Below, one piece after another: positions 10,933-20,833 of a DNA stretch of 64,000 nt. The translations under genes were made by a program, and so were the position numbers. Within the stretch, counting starts at the first letter, position 1; the number at the start of each line of letters is the position of its first letter. The notes under the pieces are model-generated. The model was not told the DNA's origin. It ran no database searches and saw nothing but the letters and a program-made list of their open reading frames with translations. The stretch comes from Chloropicon primus (taxonomy: Eukaryota): NCBI GenBank assembly GCA_023205875.1, contig CP060764.1, forward strand, positions 310,001 through 374,000, in the 5' to 3' direction.

Positions 10933-13773
10933 ATGCTTTGGTCCGGGACGAGGCTGACGAGGCTGGCGAGGCTCGGCGTGGTCTCGGCGCTGGCGGGGAC
11001 GGTGGGCTACGGGTGGTCTTCGACGACGCGGGAGGTGGAGGAGAGGGAGAGGGGAGGGGAGACCGCGAGCACGAGCAAGGGCTGGCTTTCCCTGAAAATG
11101 GGAGAGGACGACTTGACGGGACTCATGATCCTTTTGAGGACTGTCCGGAACATTGTGTTCGACAGCTCGTCCCTTGGGCCGGGGATCAGCGGGAACATCA
11201 CGCGGGTGCTTGACGCGCTCTCGTCGAGCCCGACCCTTGTGAACTCGATGCTCTCCGCGGGCGACGAACACCTCGTGAGGTGGCTCCTCGACCAGCTGCG
11301 CAAGGCCCCGGAGACGGCGGAGAGGAAGGGGGCGGAGCACATACTGGCCCAGATGCTGAAGCACCCGGCCAGTGCCAGGCTGCTACTCAGCCACTCGGAC
11401 CTCTTCCCGGCCCTTTTGGACTACATCGTCGTGAACAAGTTCAGCGACGTCAGCGCGGCTTTGAAGGAGGCCTCCCGCGTCATTGTTCTTGGGTCGCCGT
11501 CCTCCCCGCGGGTCGTTGAAAAGGTGCTGGATACCCTGCAAAAGACGCACGCGGAGAACGACCAGGACTACTCGCTTTCCCACATCTGCTGCTGGGCTTT
11601 GGCCTGCTGGTCGAAATCCGAGGAGGCGAGGGCAATGCTGCAGGAGCTCGAGTCTCTGGCAGCCATATCAGAAGTGCTGAGCAAAGGGCCTCCGCTGGAG
11701 GACGAGGACAGAGCCATGCTCCTGGAGACGACCTTCAACCTGCTGCCCTGTGCCGAAAGCGCAAGCGCCGGAACGTTTGAGCCGAGCATAGTGAAGAAGC
11801 TGTTGATTCCCATTATTCACAACGGGGCACACGCGGTGGCGAACCTGGACGAGGACCTCCTTGCTTGCACCATCAACTGCTTGGCTTCGCTGCTGGAGGC
11901 AAGAGCAATCGAGGCGGAGACAATGCAGAGCGAAATCGATTCGATCGCTTTGCTTCTAAAGCTGATCTCGAAAACCTTCTTCATCGAAGCGGATCTCTGC
12001 AAGGACCCTCTGAGGGCTGCGCTGGCCCGCTTCATACGAGCTTCAGCCCGTTGCGAGGACGAGTTTCGGATAATCGAGACAGAGATCTGGGTGCCGAGGC
12101 TGATGACTTGGCTTTTCGAGAGCTCCAAACCGCAAAAGTACACGCAAGCTTCGAATCCCTTGGGAGGCAGCAAAATCGCAGCGGAGAAGGTTTACAAAAA
12201 TTCTCTTGAAGCCATGATCTCCCTGATGGGCGAGGAGAGGGGCAACTTTGGGATTCAGATCGCAAGGGAATGGCTTGCTCGCTTTGCCCTCGCCCTGTGC
12301 AGTTTCCACGAGCAGGAGGCCGCAAAATACGAACGGGGCGGGGCGACGATAGGAATGCTTGAAGAGAGGGTAAGAGAGACCAAGGATGCTTCAAGCGAGT
12401 TACTCAGCGCGTGCAGGAACGCGACCATTACCGCGGTGTCCCCCCCCAAGCTCCCGCCGGGGGTTCAGGAAGTTGATGCAAACCTCCCGAAAGCGTACGC
12501 TGCCGCCGCGATCCAAGTCGACGAAGCGGTCGCCAGCATGGCCACCTCGAAGGCCATGAACGCTCTGGGTGATTTGCTTTCCGACAACAGGCTGAGTCAG
12601 GATTGGTTCCTCAAGTCCGGGGCGCTGTGCTTGCTGCACAAGATTGCGAGCATTTACCACGACAAGCCCTTGAGCGAGGACCAAGTCACGAGCCTCGACA
12701 AGGTCCTGTCCCGGCTCCTTGCCCTTCTGTCTGTACACGACAGCTGCAAGAGCGAGATGAGATCATCCGAGTACGAAAAGTGGCTTCGCCGTCTCTCTAC
12801 CTCGACGAATAGCAGGGTGAGCAGCAACGCGGAGAGGGCCTTGCTGAACTCAAAGTCGAAGGTTTCCGTTTCAGGAAAATGTTTGGAGATACTTGATGGT
12901 GTTCACCTGCTTGTGCCGAACGCGGACCACCACATCAAGCTCGTGGATAGCTGCAACTGCAACAAGGATGGCTCGAACTGTGACATCGAGGCAGACATCG
13001 TTTTCGTCCACGGTTTGTTCGGCGGTGCGTTTAGCTCCTGGCGCCCAGGCACTGTGAAAATGCCGTCAGAGTCGCAGCAGTCCTGGCCCGCGATGTGGCT
13101 CGCAAAGACGAACCCAAAGCTGCGCCTGCTTTCCGTGGAATACCAGACCAAGGTCTTTGACTCGGAAGGGTCCCAGCACTCCTTCAGGGAGCTCACCTCA
13201 AAGATGCTGAAGAAGCTCTCGGCGGCGGGGGTGGGCCAGCGGCCGGTCATCTTCGTGACCCACTCCATGGGAGGCCTGATGGTGAAGGAGATGATGATGC
13301 AGGGTGCCGAGTCTGACGGCGACATCATCGACAAAAGCATCCAGGACATTGTCACCAACACCAAGGGCGTAGTTTTCTTTAGCACGCCCCACCATGGCTC
13401 TTGGATCGCCACGGCGTCTTGGAACCTCTTCTACATCCGTGGCCTCAAGGACTTCGTGAGCATTCTGAGGCCCGGACCCTATCTCGAGGAGCTCAACGAT
13501 TTCTTCAAGAGCTTTTGCAAGGCGCGCGACATTCCGGTTCTGAGCTTCTCGGAGTCTGACCAGACCCACTTGATGGGCCTGAGCATGGTCAAGGCCGAGG
13601 TGGTCCCCGCCGAGTCTGCATACCCTGGGTTCGGGGACTTTCACGTCTTGGAATCAGATCACATTCAAGTGTGCAAACCGGTTTCGGAGTCTGATCCTTC
13701 TTACAAAAAGGTTGAGACCTTCATCGAGAAGGCACTGGAAGAGAGAGATGCGGGCGCCAATACTACCAATTAA
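10933..13773 (+). CDS. SERAC1: SERAC1-like protein (ARM repeats + alpha/beta hydrolase)
   Basis: DIVFVHGLFGG..SWR, WPAMWL, RPVIFVTHSMGGLMVKEM (nucleophile elbow), GVVFFSTPHHGS, VVPAESAYPG, DHIQVCKP; N-terminus looks like an organellar presequence. Confidence 0.85.
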   Translation: MLWSGTRLTRLARLGVVSALAGTVGYGWSSTTREVEERERGGETASTSKGWLSLKMGEDDLTGLMILLRTVRNIVFDSSSLGPGISGNITRVLDALSSSPTLVNSMLSAGDEHLVRWLLDQLRKAPETAERKGAEHILAQMLKHPASARLLLSHSDLFPALLDYIVVNKFSDVSAALKEASRVIVLGSPSSPRVVEKVLDTLQKTHAENDQDYSLSHICCWALACWSKSEEARAMLQELESLAAISEVLSKGPPLEDEDRAMLLETTFNLLPCAESASAGTFEPSIVKKLLIPIIHNGAHAVANLDEDLLACTINCLASLLEARAIEAETMQSEIDSIALLLKLISKTFFIEADLCKDPLRAALARFIRASARCEDEFRIIETEIWVPRLMTWLFESSKPQKYTQASNPLGGSKIAAEKVYKNSLEAMISLMGEERGNFGIQIAREWLARFALALCSFHEQEAAKYERGGATIGMLEERVRETKDASSELLSACRNATITAVSPPKLPPGVQEVDANLPKAYAAAAIQVDEAVASMATSKAMNALGDLLSDNRLSQDWFLKSGALCLLHKIASIYHDKPLSEDQVTSLDKVLSRLLALLSVHDSCKSEMRSSEYEKWLRRLSTSTNSRVSSNAERALLNSKSKVSVSGKCLEILDGVHLLVPNADHHIKLVDSCNCNKDGSNCDIEADIVFVHGLFGGAFSSWRPGTVKMPSESQQSWPAMWLAKTNPKLRLLSVEYQTKVFDSEGSQHSFRELTSKMLKKLSAAGVGQRPVIFVTHSMGGLMVKEMMMQGAESDGDIIDKSIQDIVTNTKGVVFFSTPHHGSWIATASWNLFYIRGLKDFVSILRPGPYLEELNDFFKSFCKARDIPVLSFSESDQTHLMGLSMVKAEVVPAESAYPGFGDFHVLESDHIQVCKPVSESDPSYKKVETFIEKALEERDAGANTTN

Positions 13774-14077
13774 ACCCTAGCCATGAATCCCTTTCCTTGC
13801 CTGCTGTTCGATTGACTCCTCATATCGTCGATCTCATCTCGTCGCGTGTGGTGGATTTCGGCCCTCTAGAAAAATAAGAAAATAACGGCCGAGGCCCGAG
13901 GGCGAACGAGGACGAGAAAGAAAGAGAGAGAGAGGGAAAGAAACGACGAGGACGGCGAGCGCGCGGCGTGGAAAAGGGAGACGGAGGACAGGATAGACGG
14001 AAGCGTCTTGTCTTGCTCTTTCGAAAGAGCCATCGCTCGAAAGAAACGACCGAGCGTCGAGGATTTGAGGAGGAGGG

Positions 14078-15181
14078 ATGGGAAGGAGACGAGGAGGAGG
14101 AGGGGGGGAAGGAAAGAAACAAGGGAAAAAAGCAGGAGGAGGAGGAGCAACGGGTCAAGCGAAGAGGGAAAAGAGAGTCTCGACTCCTCAGGCGGTGGCA
14201 GGGAAGAATGCAGCGACGAAAAAGGTTCCTTCGAGCTCGTGGGCTTTGGAGTCGAAGACGGATGCGAGGACACTGCTGATGAGAGGGACGAACAAGACAA
14301 TGCTTGTGGAGATGTTGCTCGACCTTCAGCACGCGGCGTTGGAGAGGTTGGAGAAAGCGTCAGGATTTGTGAAAGTCCCGGACGAGGTGTGGTTCGTGGT
14401 CGCCAGGCACCTGAACCCCCAAGACCGCATCGCTTTTGCGTTGACCTGCAGGACGTTCCTCGAGGCGGTGAGGGCGGCGAGCCCAAAGACGGAGGGGGAG
14501 AAGGTTGTTTTGAAGACGCATCTGGAAGACTGGATGTCCACGCCTTGCTTCAGTTTGAGTTGGTTCCAGTGGGTGTTTCGCTCGTTCAAAAGGCGGAAGG
14601 GAACACGGCAGCTTATAGCCAGGGGCGCCTTGTCTAAGCACGACAACCACTTTTGCGACTCTGACCTGATGTACCTCGCTGCTTTCCAGGGCAGCAAGGA
14701 GGTGATAGAGTGGTTGGTGAGCCAAGGGGTCCGTTTGGATATCAAGCAATGTGATGTTGGGGTGGCAACAGGAGCTGCTAGCGGAGGCCATCTTGAGCTG
14801 CTGAAATGGTTGAAGGGCAAGGGGTGCAAGTTTCATGGGCGGACCTGTCTTCATGCAGCTCGGGAAGGTCGCCTCCATGTTTTGCAGTGGCTTCGCAGTC
14901 AGAATCCGCCTTGCCCTTGGCACATGAGGACTTGTGAAGCGGCAGTTGATGGAGGCCAACTAGAAGTTCTGCAGTGGCTTCGAAGCCAGGATCCGCCTTG
15001 CCCTTGGAACCTAGATATGTGCGGCATGATAGCGCTTGAGCTCGAGCACCACGACATCCTTGACTGGATCGCCGAGGAGGAATGGGACGAAGAAAGTTAC
15101 GATGACGATGACGATGACGATGAATTCGATTACATTGTTGACCGCTTTGGCCAAGTTCTTGAGATTGTTGACGAGTCCTAA
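14078..15181 (+). CDS. F-box-like + degenerate ankyrin-repeat (PCPW-type) protein
   Basis: VPDEVWFVVARHL..IAFALTCRTF (F-box-like), followed by repeats AA..GHLELLKWL..GC and LHVLQWLRSQNPPCPW. Confidence 0.75.
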   Translation: MGRRRGGGGGEGKKQGKKAGGGGATGQAKREKRVSTPQAVAGKNAATKKVPSSSWALESKTDARTLLMRGTNKTMLVEMLLDLQHAALERLEKASGFVKVPDEVWFVVARHLNPQDRIAFALTCRTFLEAVRAASPKTEGEKVVLKTHLEDWMSTPCFSLSWFQWVFRSFKRRKGTRQLIARGALSKHDNHFCDSDLMYLAAFQGSKEVIEWLVSQGVRLDIKQCDVGVATGAASGGHLELLKWLKGKGCKFHGRTCLHAAREGRLHVLQWLRSQNPPCPWHMRTCEAAVDGGQLEVLQWLRSQDPPCPWNLDMCGMIALELEHHDILDWIAEEEWDEESYDDDDDDDEFDYIVDRFGQVLEIVDES

Positions 15182-15503
15182 GGAGAGCCCAGGACCAGAT
15201 GAGGGTTCGATCCCCCGCAGCAAAGGTACTGGAGCACCGTTAGCGACGAGCGATGAAATCATGCGATGTGAATGGAATTCTCCTCTCCAAGACACTTGCA
15301 CTCCTTTCACAGCATCGCGGAGTGGACCGAGGAGAACATTCTCAATCCTAAAAGATCCTTCAAGCACCCTTTTGTTTTGTTCATCCATGTTTTTTTGTTC
15401 AAGCGTTCTCTCTCCCCAGCCGTCACACCTCTCTCTCCCCAGCTGTCGAGGTTCAGCAGAGAGAGGCGCTGAGATCATCATCGATTCCGATCGTCGTGCC
15501 GCG

Positions 15504-16679
15504 ATGTCGCTCGGCATAGAGCACCGGAGCCCTGGCTCGGACCTCGAGCTGAACGCGTTGGAGGATGTGGACGACTTGCTCATCCGGCGAACGAGGAAGC
15601 AGCCGCGCTCCAAGGCGAGGAAAGTATGCGGTTGGTGCTGCTCGAAAGAGGTCCTCCGTGTCGTGGCATTCTCCCTGGTGTTTCTCATCCTTGGTGCCAT
15701 CATCGGACACGTTTCGGTGAGGATAACGACGACGGACAGCGGGCTTTACACTTCTGCGGTGGCGGAGTCTCAATACACTACCAAGTTCATGGTCGTTGGG
15801 GATTTTGGCCGGGAGGGGAAAGATCACCAGAGCGACGTGGCCCTTCAGATGGCACTCGTTGGAGAAATCTTCAAGCCTCACTTCATCGTCTCCACGGGTG
15901 ACAACTTTTATCCGTCGGGCCTGAAAGTTGAGAATGACCCGCAGGTGATGAGGACCTTCAGCTCGGTGTACGCTTATCCCTCGCTCAAGGTGCCGTGGTA
16001 TGCTGTTTTGGGAAATCATGATTATGGCGATGGAAGCGACAAGCATGACATGCGTACCAGCCCAAGCTTGCAGTCTTCTGAGTTCATGCAGGTCCTGGAC
16101 GAGCGCTGGATCTGTTGCGGAGGGAGGGATTTCGTGTCCGAGAGGGTCAACTTCACGGACGATGGCCTGTTGGAGCTGTTCTTCGTGGACACTTCTCCAT
16201 ACGTGCACGAGTACTACAAGGAGCCGTGGGCGTCCGTGAGCGGCGGCATTCTTGACGAGAAGGAGAAGGTAGAGGCGAAACGAGGCGAGCTGGACCTCGC
16301 GATTGAGATGTCCATCGCCCCTTGGAAGATTGTTGTGGGTCACCACCCCGTGCGAAGCAACGGTATGCACGGCGACACCCCCGAGCTCCTGTCCGTCTTT
16401 CCTGATCTGCTGAACAAGTACAAAGTGGACTTTTACTTGAACGGCCACGAGCATGACTTGCAGGACATCTCGGAACCGGGAAACCCCTCGCTGAGGTACA
16501 TCACGTCTGGCGCTGGCTCGAGGACCAGGATAGAGAGCGGGTACGGTCACAACGAAAAGAATTACTTTTCATTCAAATCTGGTTTCGTGACCATCGCCCT
16601 CTCCAAGAAGAGGGCGAGGGTGCAGTTCTGGCACTACGACTCGACAATGGCTTACGAGTACTACGTCGACAAGGCCTAG
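15504..16679 (+). CDS. Membrane-anchored purple acid phosphatase (TRAP/ACP5-like)
   Basis: Metal-binding motifs GDFG, GDNFY, GNHDY, GHHP, GHEH; one N-terminal TM helix. Start codon uncertain. Confidence 0.9.
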   Translation: MSLGIEHRSPGSDLELNALEDVDDLLIRRTRKQPRSKARKVCGWCCSKEVLRVVAFSLVFLILGAIIGHVSVRITTTDSGLYTSAVAESQYTTKFMVVGDFGREGKDHQSDVALQMALVGEIFKPHFIVSTGDNFYPSGLKVENDPQVMRTFSSVYAYPSLKVPWYAVLGNHDYGDGSDKHDMRTSPSLQSSEFMQVLDERWICCGGRDFVSERVNFTDDGLLELFFVDTSPYVHEYYKEPWASVSGGILDEKEKVEAKRGELDLAIEMSIAPWKIVVGHHPVRSNGMHGDTPELLSVFPDLLNKYKVDFYLNGHEHDLQDISEPGNPSLRYITSGAGSRTRIESGYGHNEKNYFSFKSGFVTIALSKKRARVQFWHYDSTMAYEYYVDKA

Positions 16680-16816
16680 CGGTGGGCCAGCAGCTCGGGT
16701 GTTGATGGAGTGTTTGTAGCATATGGAGTTAGTAGCCTTGTTTCCTGCTTCTGTTTTTGCCCTTGATCCAGCCAGCTTCTGCAGCTTATTTGGATGAGAT
16801 TCCTGAAGGGGATGCG

Positions 16817-17160
16817 CCTTTGAAGAGCGCATCCCGGGCACAAGCTTCCTTCCTCCACACAACACGCGCGCCTTGACCCTCCCCTCCCTCCTCCTCCCCT
16901 CCTCAATCGATTGATGATTGATGCTGCAGGTTTGGTTTGGATGAGATCCCCTTCACTTCACTTGTGGATGAGACAGATGGGGTATACAAGGGGTCTCAGG
17001 ACACCTTTGAAGAGCGCACCCCGGGCACAAGCTCCCTTCCTCCACACAACGCGCGCGCCTTGACCCTCCCCTCCCTCCTCCCCTCCTCAATCGATTGATG
17101 ATTGATGTTGCAGGTTTGGATGAGATCCTTCGTTTTCGTGGATGAGACGAGACAGAAGCC
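16817..17160. repeat. Imperfect tandem duplication, period ~187 bp, ending at the TGD3 start codon
   Basis: cctttgaagagcgca..ggatgagatcc occurs at 16817-16949 and 17004-17128, with weaker similarity continuing downstream. Confidence 0.95.
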
Positions 17161-18282
17161 ATGGCGAGGACGGCAGCGTTGTGGACGAGAAAGGCGGCCT
17201 CCGCGAGGGTGAGCCGCCTCGGCGGAGGAGCGGACGCTTCGTTGGCGTCGTCGTCGCTGTCGCTGCCTCCGACCCGGCGGCGACGGCGCCACGGCGTGAC
17301 GCTGGCGTGGGGTCGCGGCGAAGGAGGGAGCCAGGCCTGGGATAGTGACGACTGGGGAGACCCGTATGAGAATGAGGTTCTCAGTCGCGGAGGAGATGCG
17401 GAGTTTTCGGACCGAGGGAAGGAGGACGACGTCGTGATAGAGTTTAGAGATGTCTGGAAGTCTTTCGGGAGCAAAGGTGTCCTTCGAGGCGCGAGCTTCA
17501 AGATTAAGAGGGGAGAGGCCATCGGGATCATAGGTCCCTCAGGGACGGGCAAGAGCACGGCGTTGAGGTTGATAAGCGGCCTTGTTTCTCCCGACAGCGG
17601 GGACATTCTGGTGGACGGGAGGAGCATACTGGAGGACAGGAGGAAGAAGGGGACGGGGGACGGAAACGGCGCGGAGGATGTCCTGGGCGCGGCGACGGAG
17701 GGCAGGGCGAAGACAAACATCCAGCTTCAACTCGGGCTTGTTTTCCAGAACGGCGCCCTCTTCGACTCGCTCACCGTGGGCGAGAACGTTGGGTTTCGGT
17801 TGTACGAGCACTCCTCCCTGAGCCAGGGCAAGATCATGGAGAGGGTGTCCGACAGTTTGGCCAAGGTGGGTCTGAACGGCATAGAGGAGAGGTACCCGAG
17901 CGAGCTTTCGGGCGGCATGAAGAAGCGGGTGGCCCTTGCCAGAGCGATCACGAACGACGGCGACGGCAGCGGGGTGAGGGCGGAGGGGGAAATGGTGGAG
18001 GAGCTCATCATGTACGACGAGCCTACCGCTGGGCTGGACCCGGTCGCGTCCACTGTGGTGGAGGACCTCATCAGATCCCTCAAGGACAAGGGAGGGGTGA
18101 GGACGTACATTGTCGTCACTCACCAGGCGTCCACCATCGCCAGGGCGGTGGACAGGATCATCTTCCTTCACGAGGGAAAGGTCGTGTGGCAGGGCGACCA
18201 GCAGGACTTCAAAACCACCAAGGAGCCCATAGTGGACCAGTTCAGGTCGGGCAGTTTGTCCGGACCCATCAGCTACGTGTAG
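17161..18282 (+). CDS. TGD3: Plastid ABC ATPase TGD3 / MlaF-like
   Basis: Transit peptide; Walker A GPSGTGKS, VFQNGALFDSLTVGENVGF, LSGGMKKRVALARA, YDEPTAGLDPVASTVVEDLIRS. Confidence 0.92.
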   Translation: MARTAALWTRKAASARVSRLGGGADASLASSSLSLPPTRRRRRHGVTLAWGRGEGGSQAWDSDDWGDPYENEVLSRGGDAEFSDRGKEDDVVIEFRDVWKSFGSKGVLRGASFKIKRGEAIGIIGPSGTGKSTALRLISGLVSPDSGDILVDGRSILEDRRKKGTGDGNGAEDVLGAATEGRAKTNIQLQLGLVFQNGALFDSLTVGENVGFRLYEHSSLSQGKIMERVSDSLAKVGLNGIEERYPSELSGGMKKRVALARAITNDGDGSGVRAEGEMVEELIMYDEPTAGLDPVASTVVEDLIRSLKDKGGVRTYIVVTHQASTIARAVDRIIFLHEGKVVWQGDQQDFKTTKEPIVDQFRSGSLSGPISYV

Positions 18283-18429
18283 GTGGTGACAAAGCGAAGG
18301 ATCGAATTGTGTTTTTCTAATGAATTGTTGTAATTCCAGGCCCAAGGCCCCCTTACCGCGAGTCCCTGGCCGCCTTTGTGTGATTTGTGAGCCAACAACA
18401 AAACTTTGTAATTCTTCTCCCGCCGGGGC

Positions 18430-18768
18430 CTACAGGATGTCCAGCCTGGACAGAAGCTTCTCGAGCTGCGACTCTTGGTTCCGCGTCCTCTTCCGGACGG
18501 AGAGGATGCTCAGGCACTTCTCGACAATTGGGATGCGGTGCCGCGCGTACCGCGACGCTTTCGGGAGCTGCTTCAGGGTGTCCAGCTGCAATCTGAGCTT
18601 CTTCTCTAACGCCTCCTCTTCCTTGGCTTGGGCGGCTTCGTCCCTGGAATCTCCCGTCGTGGATTCGAATGTTTCGGAGGTGGTGGTGGAGCTCGAGGTC
18701 TCGCTCTTCCCATCGGCCGAAGCCTCCGCCTTGCCGGCCCGCCGTCGCCCTCGCACGGGCCTCCTCAT
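18430..18768 (-). CDS. Small hypothetical protein
   Basis: 112-aa ORF fills the gap between genes, with coding-like codon usage and a helical C-terminal half. No family recognised. Confidence 0.5.
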   Translation of the reverse strand: MRRPVRGRRRAGKAEASADGKSETSSSTTTSETFESTTGDSRDEAAQAKEEEALEKKLRLQLDTLKQLPKASRYARHRIPIVEKCLSILSVRKRTRNQESQLEKLLSRLDIL

Positions 18769-18878
18769 CGAAGCCCTTCTCTCTCGCTCCTCTGCCTTGC
18801 CAGGAGAGTGAAAAATTTTTCAGAGTTGGAGTTGGATGGAAGGCGTTGGCGTTGTATTGTACAATCATGAAGTCCTAA

Positions 18879-19910
18879 TTAAGTTTGTAGTCCGTTCCAC
18901 GTGGCTTGGGTCTCCCTGACCGAGTAGTCCCACAGGTCCCTCAGCAAGCTCTCGTCCCGCGCCATCGGACTGATCACGACGTCTTCCTCGGCGTACTGCC
19001 CTGGCTTGAGCTTCATCGTTTGGTCCGCGAAATACTTCCCGCTGACACCTTGCAAGCTTTCGGAGACCGCCACGTCGATTTGGGTCCTCGCACCTTTCTC
19101 TGGAGTCAAGACGAAAAAGTCTGGGAGGAGTTTGAAGATACCAGTCACGAGGGGGCTCATGTAGCGACCGAGTTTCGTTTTCACGAGCCCCGGATGAACG
19201 GCGTTGACCGTCACATTGGCGATGCCCCGCTCCTTCAGACGCCTGTCGAGCTCGAACGTGAACATCAAGTTACCCAGCTTGGAGTTCCCGTACGCTTGCC
19301 AAGGATCGTAGTCGTCCCTGTAATTCAGGTCCTCCAAGTTGCCCAGAGACCCGAAGGAGTTTGCAGCGGACGAGACGTTCACAATCCGTGCTTCTTCCGT
19401 GCTTCGCAGACTCGGAAAGAGCTCGCTCGTGAGCAAGTAGTGGGAAAGGTAGTTGACCCCCCAGTGCTCTTCGTACCCGTCGTCCGTGAGCCTGAGATCC
19501 GGTATCATCATCACCCCAGCGTTGTTCACAAGGAGGTCGAGGCGGCCGAAACTGTAAGAGAAAACTTTGGCGAAACCTCTGACAGAACTCAAGCTGCTCA
19601 AGTTCAGTTGCTCCACGACCATTTTTCTCTCGGAGGTGGACTCGCCCGTGCCCCGAGCGATCTCACTCCGAGCCTCGAGGCCTGCCTCCACGCTCCTGCA
19701 AGCCATGACCACGACCTCGTACTCTCCCCCGCTCACGAGTGACCTCACGGTCTCCTTTCCAATGCCAGAATTGGCACCGGTCACGACAGCAACCTTTCCT
19801 CCCCCGCGAGACGACAACGACGACGACGACGCGTTGGCAACCACTCGCCTCCCCCTCTCCCTCCCTCCCAACCCCCACGCCGTTGCTCTGCTGACACCAG
19901 ACCCACCCAT
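18879..19910 (-). CDS. Short-chain dehydrogenase/reductase (retinol DH / Tic32-like)
   Basis: TGANSGIG, NNAG, VNVSS, YGNSK catalytic motif, HPGLVKT. Confidence 0.92.
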   Translation of the reverse strand: MGGSGVSRATAWGLGGRERGRRVVANASSSSLSSRGGGKVAVVTGANSGIGKETVRSLVSGGEYEVVVMACRSVEAGLEARSEIARGTGESTSERKMVVEQLNLSSLSSVRGFAKVFSYSFGRLDLLVNNAGVMMIPDLRLTDDGYEEHWGVNYLSHYLLTSELFPSLRSTEEARIVNVSSAANSFGSLGNLEDLNYRDDYDPWQAYGNSKLGNLMFTFELDRRLKERGIANVTVNAVHPGLVKTKLGRYMSPLVTGIFKLLPDFFVLTPEKGARTQIDVAVSESLQGVSGKYFADQTMKLKPGQYAEEDVVISPMARDESLLRDLWDYSVRETQATWNGLQT

Positions 19911-20133
19911 CAGCAGATTGTTGTGCTTGTGTGATCAAATCCTGCTGGTTTTCTTCCACGAAAGGTTCGTTGGAAAGCTCCAGAGGTCCAGAGGTCCCCG
20001 TTCCTTGGGTCTGCGCGACCTAAAACCTCCCTCCTTCCTCCTCGTCCTCAAGTCCCTCGCTGCTGCTCAGTGAAAACGAAGTCTGTGGCTCAGAACAATC
20101 CTCATCGAGATCTGCGTTATCCAAAACGACGCG

Positions 20134-20742
20134 ATGGCGTCGACGACGACGGAGTGCAGGAGGATGACGAGGGTGGTGGCGGGAGGGGCGAGGGCCTCGA
20201 CGTGTGGAGCTTCTCTTCCGGCTGGGTTGAGGCCCAAGCGCGTCGTCGCGAGGCCGAGGGGGGGGACGACAACAAGGCTTGTCGTACGCGCCTCGCCTGA
20301 CACGAGAGAGACGACTGTGATACCCGAGCCGAGTTACAATGTTCCCCTTGGCTTGGTGGGACTCTCCGGAATCTCGGCCATCGGGTTGAAGAGCGTCACG
20401 CTGAGCGGGCTCTTCGGGGTCCTCGGGCTTTTCCTTTTGTTTCAAGCGCAGCGCGTCAAGTTCTGCTTCGACGACGAGGCCCTCGAGGTCCTCATCGGGG
20501 ATCAGTTGGAAGAGTCGGGGCCGAACGCTTTCGTTGGCGGGAGGAACAGGTGGAAGTACGACACTTTCGTGAACTGGGAGTTCTGGTGGCCGGGGTTCCC
20601 GTGCTTGGTTTACTTTAAGGAGACCCAAACGAAGCCGGAGGGTCAGATTCACTTCTTTCCCATTATCATGGACGGCGAGCAGCTCTACGACGTGATGAGG
20701 GAGAGGTGCGGGTCGAGCCAAAATAGCTTGCCAGAGAATTAG
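20134..20742 (+). CDS. Plastid DUF3119-family membrane protein
   Basis: Transit peptide; PSYNVPL, FLLFQAQRVKF.FDDEALEV, FVGGRNRW, LVYFKETQ..QIHFFPII. Confidence 0.85.
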   Translation: MASTTTECRRMTRVVAGGARASTCGASLPAGLRPKRVVARPRGGTTTRLVVRASPDTRETTVIPEPSYNVPLGLVGLSGISAIGLKSVTLSGLFGVLGLFLLFQAQRVKFCFDDEALEVLIGDQLEESGPNAFVGGRNRWKYDTFVNWEFWWPGFPCLVYFKETQTKPEGQIHFFPIIMDGEQLYDVMRERCGSSQNSLPEN

Positions 20743-20833
20743 AGGGACCGGGACTCGAGGGGTTTTTGCTTCAAACAAGAAAGAAATTACGATCAAACTG
20801 ATGCTTTGAACGACTGCGAGACAAGATGTCTCT

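Noticed and set aside
15036..15503. N-terminal extension of the purple acid phosphatase overlapping the ankyrin gene
   Set aside because: It overlaps the upstream CDS in another frame and crosses a T-rich spacer; a downstream ATG is more plausible.
17161..18282. TGD3 ATPase as partner of the NikA-like protein
   Set aside because: It has a transit peptide and TGD3/MlaF signatures (plastid lipid import), not NikD/E features.
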